Source: Craspedostauros australis
Taxonomy: Eukaryota
DNA length: 64,000 nucleotides
Direction: 5' to 3'
NCBI GenBank assembly: GCA_030167865.1
Contig: JALAGF010003286.1
Location: 62,001 to 126,000, forward strand
Of the stretch, positions 48,549 through 58,836 are shown one piece after another; position 1 is the first letter of the stretch, and the number at the start of each line of letters is the position of its first letter. Under the pieces are notes generated by a model. It saw only the letters and a list, made by a program, of their open reading frames with translations. It was not told the origin of the DNA and did not search any database. The position numbers and the translations under genes are program-made.

Positions 48549-50609
48549 TTACTCGACAACAGATGCACAACCAACTCGCGGCCCCTCCAGGGTGCTCCAA
48601 TGCGCCAAGGACTCCGCAAAGACGTCCGGATCGTCCATGGCGTGCTGCCAAAAGGCTTGATTCAAGGCATCGCCGGTCTTCTGCCACCGCCGATGGCATT
48701 GGTTGTACATGATGGCCGGGATGCCGACAGTGAGAGCGCCGTACGCGCCGAGGGCAGGGATGACGTAGGGATTGGACGCCGCGAGGGAGATCTTGGTCGT
48801 GTATCCCATCCATCCCCAGACTCCGCTAGCCGGGACGCTGACCTGGACGTGCGCGGCGGCTGCTGCCAGCGTGGATGTGGATTTGATTTGGCTGGCTGCA
48901 GTGCTTTCAAGCAACGACGCTGCCTGCAGCGTGGACCAATGCCCCGTCTTGCACCACACGGCGACGCATTCGCAGTTGGAGTAGAGGACGTGGTAGTTGG
49001 GGATGGCGGTCGGGTGCGTCAAGAGGAAATGGACTCGCGCCAGGATGAGGCCGACTGCGTCTCCCTTTTTGCTTGTGGACGTGCCAGCCCTTGACAGGAA
49101 GTGCCGTTTCCAAAACGGTGCCTCGTACTGGACCTTATGCCATGTGTTGATGTGATTGTGCTTGTCCTGATCGGAGCTGGTGATGGTGCGGATGATGCCT
49201 GGTTGCGCCATGGAGAACAGTGACTTTTGTTGCTGATCGAATTGCATTTGTTCCTGCCGTTGCTGTTCGTCCTCCTGAACCTGCTTGGTCTGCGATTGCA
49301 GATTGGAAAAGTCGGCGATTGTGACCTTGTACCTTCCTTTTGTGGCGGTTGTGGTAGCTATTGATTGCGTTTGAGTTTCAGCGACATTGGCATTGGCAGT
49401 ACCATCGGCATTGGAACTGCTTGTCTCTTCTGCGTCTTCCACATGTGATCGAAGGTTGATGGATTCGATAGAGGTCTCCTTGTCATTGTCTGCAACAGTG
49501 GGAGATGCTTGTTCTCTGTCGCGATTCGCATCGCTCTCATCCTTGCTGATTGGAGCGTTTCTGACTACATCACCGTCGCCTTTGTTGTCGATATTCGTCC
49601 CAGCATCACCGCTTACATCAGGCGCTGCACCCGATGAAGCATCATCGTTCTCGTCACATGCAATCTCCTCTTCGATATTGACGACAATCCCGTGATGCTG
49701 GAAGACGTAGGGCACACCCAGCAGGGATCTCCATTGGTAGACATGGTCACCAATCTCCAGCTGATCGAGCGGCACGGGCGGCTCTGGGATGATCTCCATG
49801 CGTTCCCATTGTGCTTCGCTGGCATCCTCGAAGACTCGCTCGCACGACGACATGATCTGCTCCTTCTGCTGTTGCTCGATCGTGACCTCGTTCGGTGGCG
49901 CATGATCCGTGTGTTCAGCGTATAGAGGATGTTGTACAAGGTCATTGTCACACGATCGCGCGTGTTCGGAAATCGCCTCATGCTGGTCCATCGAAGGAGC
50001 ATGATAAAACTGCAAAGATTGCTTGCGAGACGTCTTGGTGGCATCGAGATGCAGCACTTCGGATTCCGTCATGGAATGCGCAAAGGAGTAGGATCGCGTG
50101 GCCTGCAGGCTCAGCGATGGTCGAAAGGTAGGGTCCTCGTCTTCGGAATCGGAGGACACCACGGGCATCGGGTACATGTGATTGTGGATGCCGCTGCGTC
50201 GTGCGGGGGTCGTCATGGGTGGCTGTTGATGGCGTTGTGGCGCAGACTGTCCTCGAGGATCGTACTGTGCTGCTCGTTGCAGGAGGAATGCCTGGATGCT
50301 GTTGTCGCTGCCCTGCTGATTTCCACGATGATGCCGATTGCTGCCTCCGCCATCCGCAACGCCTCGATGGTGCAATGCTGCGCTGGATGTGTCAGGCCGC
50401 GTGCTGCCTCCGAACTTCACGAAGCCAAATCCGAAGCCTCCACGGTTACTCTCGTTATTGTTTGCACGCCCATCGTTGCCATCGCTATCGAAGGAACCAT
50501 CATCGCTGCCATCCGCATTGCCACCATCAATGGTGATGTCAATCAAGGACGATGAAACGTCATTGACCGAAGCAACCGGAGCCATCGTTTGCCGTGTCAG
50601 CAACGCCAT
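48549..50609 (-). CDS. LRAT/NC-domain (permuted NlpC/P60) acyltransferase/phospholipase-like protein
   Basis: GDHVYQW...FQHHGIV and YHVLYSNCECVAVWCKTG, hydrophobic C-terminal segment; long low-complexity N-terminus and insert. Confidence 0.85.
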   Translation of the reverse strand: MALLTRQTMAPVASVNDVSSSLIDITIDGGNADGSDDGSFDSDGNDGRANNNESNRGGFGFGFVKFGGSTRPDTSSAALHHRGVADGGGSNRHHRGNQQGSDNSIQAFLLQRAAQYDPRGQSAPQRHQQPPMTTPARRSGIHNHMYPMPVVSSDSEDEDPTFRPSLSLQATRSYSFAHSMTESEVLHLDATKTSRKQSLQFYHAPSMDQHEAISEHARSCDNDLVQHPLYAEHTDHAPPNEVTIEQQQKEQIMSSCERVFEDASEAQWERMEIIPEPPVPLDQLEIGDHVYQWRSLLGVPYVFQHHGIVVNIEEEIACDENDDASSGAAPDVSGDAGTNIDNKGDGDVVRNAPISKDESDANRDREQASPTVADNDKETSIESINLRSHVEDAEETSSSNADGTANANVAETQTQSIATTTATKGRYKVTIADFSNLQSQTKQVQEDEQQRQEQMQFDQQQKSLFSMAQPGIIRTITSSDQDKHNHINTWHKVQYEAPFWKRHFLSRAGTSTSKKGDAVGLILARVHFLLTHPTAIPNYHVLYSNCECVAVWCKTGHWSTLQAASLLESTAASQIKSTSTLAAAAAHVQVSVPASGVWGWMGYTTKISLAASNPYVIPALGAYGALTVGIPAIMYNQCHRRWQKTGDALNQAFWQHAMDDPDVFAESLAHWSTLEGPRVGCASVVE

Positions 50610-51274
50610 GATACTACAGAGAGAGTATGGCCTCAACAGATAGATGTCACGTATTGGAGTATGGTGTGATCGTGTTGTGTACGACAGAATGGAATGTCGA
50701 GTATGGTGCCAAATGTGATGCGTGGAACGACCAAGATGGATGATGCCAAACCATGGCGATGCAGAAGCAACTTCGGTCCCACAGAACGTGGCTCTTCAAT
50801 TGCCTGCCTTCGTGGGTTTCGTTGGTCCATGTGCAACAGCAATTCGCTTCGTTTGTTTTTGTCACGCTGTTTGCTTCCGCCAAATTTGAATTGTTTCGTA
50901 TTTGGGTCTAACGAAGTGCATTTTGAAAGTATCCGTGACTGAGTGAATCATGCGCTCGGATCTGACTCATCTTTCGCCGTCGTCGATTTCGTTGTGCTTC
51001 ATCGTGTGCGATGAGAACTGTGGAACCAACATCGAAAGTGCTGTTCATCAGGCCGCCCACGACGATGATGACGATGATGATGGTGATGGTGATGACGGCA
51101 ACGTCGTTCATGTGTGCATTCCTTGCAACTGACGAATCCATTGCGCCCCCATCGTGAACAGAGTACCATGCAAATACGATTGCTCCCTTTGCTCGTTCCA
51201 TTCCGTCACGTTCTCATTGTTCATCCATCCATCACAACCATCACAACCATCACAACCAACTCAATTCAGCAACC

Positions 51275-52555
51275 ATGAGACTCACGTTCGCTTTACTCAG
51301 CACCTGCCTGGTGATGGCACCCGCATTCCAGATGCTGTCCACGACGCAGCGCGGCACTGCCACAGCGTTGCAGGACACGGCGACCGAAGAACTCGAACTC
51401 CAGAAGTCCAAGCTGCTGCAACTGATTGGCCCCAAATCGTACGAGGATCCCGTCCTCATGGATCCCCTCACGAAGGAAGCCCTGCAGATTTCCGAAACCA
51501 AATCGGTGCGATTCGGCGACCGCCGCATGGGCGGCAATGCCAAGATCACCGTGCGCTCCGCGTCGAACGTATTCGACGTGACGCCGAGTTACACGGATCT
51601 GTTGCAAGCGTCGACGCCATCCATTGCGCGACAACTGCTGCCGTTGATTCCGGTGGCATTGCGCTCGCGCCTTTCGTCGGGCAATGGCGATGAAATCATT
51701 CCGATGCGCGATCTCTTCACGTCGCCGGCCGTGTCGTTCGCCTACGAGCGTGGTTGGCGTCAGAACTTCATAGCCGCAGGATTTCCAGGTCCAGATAAGG
51801 AGGCCGAGCTGGCCATGGAGTTCTTTGGCAACAAGGATGATTCGACCGTGTTGGTTGACATGAGCTGCGCGACAGGTACGCATGGATGTAGTGGGTGCTG
51901 CGGATGTTGTGGATGTTGTGGATGCTGTGGATTGGATGGTGCTATTGTGGTTGTATGAGTATTCCGCACGACATGACTTTCCTTGAATTCAATTCAATTC
52001 AACGCTCACAACCCTCTCATCCATCTCAACTCCATTCCCAAACACCCAATACCTCAATACTCCACAGGCCTCTTCACACGCCGCTTCGCCCAAACCAACA
52101 AATACAACCGCGTGCTGGGTTGCGACTATTCCGATTCCATGTTGAACGAAGCGCGCCGCCGCATCAACGCGCAACCCGACCTCGACGACAACCTGGAATT
52201 GATCCGCCTCGATGTCGGCAACATCCCCATGCAAAACAACACGATCGATTATCTGCACGCCGGCGCCGCGATGCACTGCTGGCCCGAGTTGGATCGCGCC
52301 GCGTCCGAGATATACCGCGTGCTGAAACCGAATGGCGGCAAGTACTTCGCGACGACCTTCCTGGCCGAATACTTTCGGATATTGCAGCGCAGCGATGGAG
52401 CACAAGCAAGTTCGGGGCCGTCGAAGCAGGCCTTTCAGTATTTCTCGTCGACGCAGTCGTTGAAGGATCTCATGGTGCGCGGCGGATTCGATGCCGATAA
52501 GGTGTCCGTCGAGGTGTTGGGATCGGCGTGCGTTGTGATTCGGGCGGAGAAGTGA
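51275..52555 (+). CDS. Plastid-targeted class I methyltransferase (UbiE/Methyltransf_11-like); exons 51275-51875, 52068-52555
   Basis: Signal peptide ending APA-F; LFTSPAVSFAYERGWRQNF..AGFPGPDKE, VDMSCATG|LFTRRF, HAGAAMHCWP, RVLKP.GG; phase-1 GT-AG intron. Confidence 0.88.
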
Positions 52556-53168
52556 TGGGCTGTAGTCGTGCTGAGTGCGGATACGAGCGGCGTCCGTACG
52601 CAGACTGTTGCTCATACATGAAAGAATTCAATTCAATGACAATGACAATGAAATACTGTTGCCATGGTCGTACTCGATGACATACAATAAGTACTCCGCA
52701 TCACTTGACCCGCAACAACACCATGTCCTTGACAAGGCTGATGAAGTGGATAGGATAGCATGTAAAGGTTGGCTTAGGCGTTTATTCTACTAAAATCTTC
52801 AAGACAAGACATGATGCATCGCTGGGTCTGTGCTCTGCCATACTCCAGAGTAATCGCTGTTGTCACTGGAATCATTTGATGAGGGTCGACATTGATCTGA
52901 TGCAATTGGAGAAGCGCCGCAGGGGTATTGTGTTTATCCCCGGCACTGTTTGTTCTGTGCTGGTTCATTTGCATGCGTGTTCACATGCGTTGAGAGTACT
53001 CGCACAGCTCGTCATCCAACGCAAGATTCCGATGCACCAAGTCGCACACTCCAAGTAGGATGCACGCCAGCATGCGAAGCACCGCGCGTTTACCCCCATA
53101 TCCATCTGAACGACGTGCACAGATGGTGGCGTTTCGACGCGTGTTCCACTGCAACAGAACCAAGCGCA

Positions 53169-53912
53169 TCACAGAAAGGGAATCGGGCCGCTGCCGCCAT
53201 CGGGATAGACGGTCTTGTAGGCCGCGTAGTACTTGGGCGCGACGATGCCGACAAAGCCAATGAGGAATCCCGCCAGCAGCGTGAGGACGGTCTCGAAGCC
53301 CGCCTCGGCCTGCGCCACGGAGTAGGCCCGCATCTCTAGGTACTTCTCGGAGCGCTCCTGGTCGGACAGGAAGAGATCGACCTCGACCTCGGCCTCCTGC
53401 GCGGAAATGCCCTGGTCGAGGTACTTCTGGATGAGCTCTTGTCGCACTTCGAGCATCATTTTGCTGTCTAATATCTCCTTCCAGGATGGCTCGCTGGTTG
53501 TGGTCGCGGCCACGCTGGTTGTGGCATCCTCGTTGCTGCTGCTGCTGCTATTTCCATTGCTGTTGCCATTGCCGTTCGCGACGTTGTCCTCATCGATGTT
53601 GGAGGTCATGACTCGCAGCGTCTGCATGCTGTGAACGCGTTGCTGCTGCTGTTGGTTGCTGTTGCTGTTGATCATGTTGTTGATCACGTTGCTGCTGCTG
53701 CTGTGGATGAAGCTGCGCGATGGACGCACTTGCGGAGTGACCAGCGCATCCGCAGTGAAAGAGCGCTGCGGCTGCAGGCACAGACCCAAGCACAGCACTG
53801 CGAGGCATGCTGCTGGAGCTATTCTGCGTGCGGGGGTGCGTCTGGATGCTGTCATTGTCGCCGTCTTTGTGGGTGTTGCCGTCATTGCCAGGGTCTTCTC
53901 TTCGCTTCTCAT
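53169..53912 (-). CDS. Uncharacterised, probably plastid membrane protein
   Basis: 247-aa ORF with hydrophobic signal-like stretch, S/N/Q-rich transit-like region, helical domain (AEVEVDLFLSD.ERSEKYLEMR) and a C-terminal TM segment. Confidence 0.6.
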   Translation of the reverse strand: MRSEEKTLAMTATPTKTATMTASRRTPARRIAPAACLAVLCLGLCLQPQRSFTADALVTPQVRPSRSFIHSSSSNVINNMINSNSNQQQQQRVHSMQTLRVMTSNIDEDNVANGNGNSNGNSSSSSNEDATTSVAATTTSEPSWKEILDSKMMLEVRQELIQKYLDQGISAQEAEVEVDLFLSDQERSEKYLEMRAYSVAQAEAGFETVLTLLAGFLIGFVGIVAPKYYAAYKTVYPDGGSGPIPFL

Positions 53913-54157
53913 TGATGTCAGGTTGCTTGTCAGGTTGGTTGTTGGTGTATTAGTATGGCAGGGTGTTGTTTGAGTATCTGTGGACTGGTTCGGCTTGGTT
54001 GGAGTACCCTGTTCTGCTCTGCTCTGCTCTACTTCAGACTATTGGTATTGTAGTTGCGCTTGTTGTGGTTCTTGTTGTCAGATTGCTGTACGAATGCCAT
54101 ACAACGACGAGTATCAATGCCGTCAGTGTGCGAGTAAGAACTCTTTGCTTTGCTCAG

Positions 54158-54200
54158 GTTGTTGTTGTTGTTGCTGTTGTTGTTGTTGTTGCTGTTGTTG
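54158..54200. repeat. Imperfect (GTT)n microsatellite
   Basis: gtt run with two gct interruptions. Confidence 0.85.
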
Positions 54201-54925
54201 TAGGTTGCCGTATCAGCAGCACAGGAGAAGGATGATGAAGATGCCCAATCTTTCTTCCTCTCTCTCTTTGCACTTTCCTTTGTTTGACAGCTGTCTCTGC
54301 TCACAGCGATTCGACTGATGTGCTTGTCACTCCTGTCGTGGTCTTTGTTCCTGTTCTTGCTTCCGCATCCATCACGAAGCAGAACTTGTGATGTCTTCTC
54401 TTGTTTGACACCTGCCTGTTGGCCGCAAGATCTCTTCAACACTGTGGCGCGGTATTGTGGTCGTTCTAGTCCAAAGAATATAACCGTTTATTAACGTCTC
54501 TAGGTCGATCTCTTCCATCAAATCGTGTTGGCGACATTCTAATCGACAAGAGTGTAGACATCCAAAGTGTCAAGAAGGCTTCGGACGAATGGGATCTCCA
54601 TCAACAACGGCGACAGCAGTGACAACAAATGATGGTCATGGTCTGGGCAGTTCCCCCTCTCCACCCCCTGATTCATTCGTACAGAACATCCAGGCATGCA
54701 TGCCATCGATTGCCCGCCACATGGCATCCACAGCGGATGAGCACGATGTCGACATGCCTAATCCAACAATGGTGTACAGCGTTGATTGTCCAAGTGTAAC
54801 AATAATCGTACTCTACTTCTAATGAATTCAAAATCTGTGTATTGGAGAGCATGCCGCGGCTGTGCTCCTTTCTTCATCGTCCGACTTGAGCGTCCTCTCT
54901 CGCGAATGTCATGAGCTTGACGTCA

Positions 54926-55150
54926 TCACGGCTCTTCCGCAATGCCCGCGGCCTTGGCCAATTCTTCGGAGATCTTTTCGATCATGGGATCATGCGTCAA
55001 GTCTGCCAGCTGCGCCCAGCGATCTGCGATGACGCTTGGATCGGCGGATGCGTCGATCTGCACTGTCGGTTCGGGCGCGGCAGCCGCCATCGATGCCACG
55101 TGACGTCGCAGCATGCGGAAACTGTGTTGGCTTCTCACGATGGTGTTCAT
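54926..55150 (-). CDS. Small (74 aa) protein with mitochondrial presequence-like N-terminus
   Basis: ATG preceded by an A/C-rich leader as in neighbouring genes; MNTIVRSQHSFRMLRRHVAS is Arg-rich and acid-free; no family recognised. Confidence 0.4.
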   Translation of the reverse strand: MNTIVRSQHSFRMLRRHVASMAAAAPEPTVQIDASADPSVIADRWAQLADLTHDPMIEKISEELAKAAGIAEEP

Positions 55151-56223
55151 TGTCGTGTGTTTGTGTTTGTGTTGCGTTGTTGAGATGGTGCTTCGTTGTG
55201 ATTGTGAATCAGCGATGTCAGATGGCGAACCTGGCGCGTTCTCGTTTTATGAGGAAGATCTGTGATGTGTGTTGCCTCGTGCAGTGTTGACGGCGTCTTT
55301 TGTGTGCACTTTGGCTTTCTCGCTCGTTGATGTGTGGTGTTCTTTGGCACAGAACAGTGTGTCATGTTTCAACTTCTGGTTCGTCGTCGGATGTAAGTTA
55401 GTGTGAAAATTTGATTACTATTTCAATACGGCAGAACGATATGAAGTTACTTTTCTATTCGCGGGTTTACGATGTAATTAAAAATTGCCGCAACTCCGTA
55501 AACACCATCAAGCAAAGTTCTTGTCGCGCACGTGTCCATCCCAAGAGGCGACATCATGCTTCTCCACCAGTCTCGCAGGGATGTCCGAGATTGATTCATT
55601 CGTTTCATTCAGCATATTGCCAAACACACACGAGTATAGTACTACACATCAGTTGGTATTGGGATAGAGCATGCTGTGAACAGCAGCTTGCTCCCTGTTC
55701 ACTCCTACATTCTTCCGCACTCTCTTGCACTAACGCAATTGGAAACAAACATGTGACTTCTCTCGAGTTGCTGTTCGTTCCCCTTGTTTCTTCTGGACCA
55801 AGAATGATGAGCTGGAGATGAATCCAAGAAGTCTTTCGAGAGAGTTGGAACATATGGCATGATATGTTATGACATGATATGGAATGGTCTGGCACTTCAC
55901 TCCTCTTCTTCAGCAGCACCGTCCGTCTCAATCATTTTGGATGAGTTGGTACTCACAGAGCGGACGAAGTCCACCAATGTTGTTCGATCTATGTATGAAT
56001 CCATTTGTGCTGTCCCCTCGTCTTCACCCACAACCTTGTACAGCTCCACCATGGACATGTGGCTGTACTCATCATCGATACCATCACTCTCCATTCTCCC
56101 ACTGCAGAGGACATGGATGCCTCCCATCAGTTTATAGGTTCGGAACTCCGACAACTCGAACAGCACACAAATAAAATCTAAATCAGTACCAAAAAGACAG
56201 CAAACAACACGAAAGTCATCACG

Positions 56224-58836
56224 ATGTCAAGCAACGAACCGACCATGGCGGACCTCGAAAAAGGGCCACCTTCCAGCCGCAACAACGGCGATACGGAGCA
56301 GCCTCCACACAGTATCCCCCATGCTCAGGAACCACCTCATCGCACCAGTGTCACAGCCAAAAGAGCGGAGGCAAACGGTGGAGTAATGGTTGAACTGGCT
56401 CCCGAAGAGTTCACCACCGAGTACAAGCCCAGAACAAGCACGTGGAAAACGACGCTGAGGAAATACGGCGACAACATCGAGCCGTTCGCGACAGCCTCTG
56501 GTGCCCATTCTATTGACTACATGGCAGGACAGATGTGGAGCGCCAGAGCCAAATGGTACGGCAAAGACGAGACGGAGGCAACAGCCGCAAACCCCTCAGT
56601 CAAGGATTGGGAACTGTTTTTCCGGCGAGTTCTCAATGGGCGACACACGCAGTACGGCCCGATGAGTCTCCCGTCCGACGACCCAAGGCGCAAGCGAGTG
56701 TGCATGGCGATCATGCGGATGGCGTCCACCGATCCACGGAAAGTCTTCCAGGTCAAGCCAAGTGGGGGCGTCAGCTCCAGATCCAGGCCAGCCAGAGCTT
56801 GGGAGGCAGCGCGTAGGGTGCTGGGCACCAACTACGACGTGGGAACGGCCCCAGATCTCTCCGTCACAAGCCTTACTGACAGTGAGGATGAAGAACGGGA
56901 CCCAGACAACGTGCCAAAGCTGCCAGTCATGGCAGGCCAAGATGCATCCAAAGGATCCCCAGGCGGCCCCAACCCGGCCAAACGGTCCAAGATCTCGAAA
57001 TCTCCGAATCGCAGCACATCAGTGCTGGGCACAAGCACCAACAGATTCGCGGCACTAGCGGGCGAAGAGCCAGAAACGCAGCCGGAGCCAACCAGTGACG
57101 TGCCAATGCAACTGAACGATGAAGGCTCCAAACAACCCCCGCAACCAGCGGCGCACGCACCAACAGCCCCTGCCCCAAGCGGCAGCCGGAAGACGGCAGC
57201 ACGACGCGCAGGCGTCACGTTCAGCCAGGTGGCCTCCACAATTGCCATGGACGACCAGTCCTCGGAATCCGACACAAGCCAAATCCTGATCGGGCTGCCC
57301 AGCCTCCAGCACACCACCAGGTTCATGTTCAAGATCAAGGCTGACCAAACTGAGCCTGACACCACCAAAGCACTCCGTGACAGAATTGTGGCATGGTTCC
57401 GGCAGGTCAGAATTGTTGATCCATCGGCCATCATCCTGCCGTGGAAAGATACACTCGACGAGCGTCGGTACATCCAGCACGTGGGTCAAATCCCAGTGGA
57501 ACTACAGGATCTCCGCGTGTTCTTCAAAGGCATTCGAGCATCCACGATGGACAGTGGCCTGGCATATACCAACGTCAGAATCACAACAGACATGCACCCC
57601 ACCAACATCACTGCGGAAAGAGATGCGGAGATGAATCCGTACTACTACAAGCACCAGGAAGGACTGTACATCAGCATGCTACAGGTCGAGAGTACCAAGG
57701 AGATCGGGTTCCTGCTATATTCTGGAGGCTTCAACGATGTCAAGGGCACCATGGAGCTACTCAACCGCGAGTTCCGCAGACGCCACAAGAACACCAGAGT
57801 CGGCGGGAAGCTCAAAAACATAGTCATGGTGTGCGACAGCACAAGAGAAGCCTACAAGAACAGCGGCAAGCATTGGACGATGCAGCCCTGGCGTGCTATC
57901 AAGGTCGAAACGGAGAGTTCGCAAGCAGCCATCGCGGTGGAGCGAATGTGTGCGCTCCTCAACGAAGACGACAACCGGCCAGCAGGGCTCCGCCTCCGGT
58001 TCCTTCCGGAAGCCAGGTACGAGCAGATGACGGAGAAGAAGCGACGGCACCGTACAAACCTGGTGCAAAAACATCAGGCAGTGCTGTCGAGTCTCAAGTA
58101 CGTGGACACGGCGGGGGTCACCAAGCTGGACGACCCAGTTCATGGGGACAACCGGGAGCACGTCACGCTCCGGTCCCATATAATGAGCATGCGGGATGAT
58201 CAAGGACGGCCGATCTTTCAAAGCCTTGACATGGCACGTGCACATGACGACCAGCTCATTGGCCACGTGTTTGAGGAGAACATGGCCCAAGCCTCTGCCA
58301 TCATGAGCCTCCTGCCAGCCGTTGCGCGCATTCAGCTGGGCACCAAGACAGAGAAGTGGTTCAGCGTCGATGCGTGGCATGCAAATCTCAACGTCACGTA
58401 TGACAGCACGACTAAAGAATACAATGCGCCAGACCACAGCAACCTCGAGCACCTCCTTGAGGAGGAGTTTCCGGCGAGTGTGGTCATCACCAATCTACCA
58501 CCAGACCTTGCCTCCGTGGAGAATCACCGACCGGCAGCGCTCGACTACAGAAGCCTGTTTGGTTCAGGAACTACGGTGGGATCCCACATGACCATGAACT
58601 CCGCAGTGACAGGAGTTCCCGGCTCAGGCGACGCAGCGTCCATCGCGACAACAGACTCCGAGAAACGCAGGGAGGCCACTAGAGCAGCGGCGCGAGAGCA
58701 GGAACGACAAAGAAAGGAGTCCCTCAACCAGGCCAGGCTCGAAATTCAGCGCGCGGAGATCGACAAGCTACGCAAGGAGCTCGACGCCCAGCGCAGCAAC
58801 GCCAACCCCGGGGCCGGGGCTCTCCCGCAATGTTAG
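56224..58836 (+). CDS. Retrotransposon ORF1 protein (870 aa) with C-terminal coiled-coil-like segment
   Basis: Long intronless ORF immediately upstream of the pol ORF; REQERQRKESLNQARLEIQRAEIDKLRKELD near the C-terminus. Confidence 0.8.
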   Translation: MSSNEPTMADLEKGPPSSRNNGDTEQPPHSIPHAQEPPHRTSVTAKRAEANGGVMVELAPEEFTTEYKPRTSTWKTTLRKYGDNIEPFATASGAHSIDYMAGQMWSARAKWYGKDETEATAANPSVKDWELFFRRVLNGRHTQYGPMSLPSDDPRRKRVCMAIMRMASTDPRKVFQVKPSGGVSSRSRPARAWEAARRVLGTNYDVGTAPDLSVTSLTDSEDEERDPDNVPKLPVMAGQDASKGSPGGPNPAKRSKISKSPNRSTSVLGTSTNRFAALAGEEPETQPEPTSDVPMQLNDEGSKQPPQPAAHAPTAPAPSGSRKTAARRAGVTFSQVASTIAMDDQSSESDTSQILIGLPSLQHTTRFMFKIKADQTEPDTTKALRDRIVAWFRQVRIVDPSAIILPWKDTLDERRYIQHVGQIPVELQDLRVFFKGIRASTMDSGLAYTNVRITTDMHPTNITAERDAEMNPYYYKHQEGLYISMLQVESTKEIGFLLYSGGFNDVKGTMELLNREFRRRHKNTRVGGKLKNIVMVCDSTREAYKNSGKHWTMQPWRAIKVETESSQAAIAVERMCALLNEDDNRPAGLRLRFLPEARYEQMTEKKRRHRTNLVQKHQAVLSSLKYVDTAGVTKLDDPVHGDNREHVTLRSHIMSMRDDQGRPIFQSLDMARAHDDQLIGHVFEENMAQASAIMSLLPAVARIQLGTKTEKWFSVDAWHANLNVTYDSTTKEYNAPDHSNLEHLLEEEFPASVVITNLPPDLASVENHRPAALDYRSLFGSGTTVGSHMTMNSAVTGVPGSGDAASIATTDSEKRREATRAAAREQERQRKESLNQARLEIQRAEIDKLRKELDAQRSNANPGAGALPQC

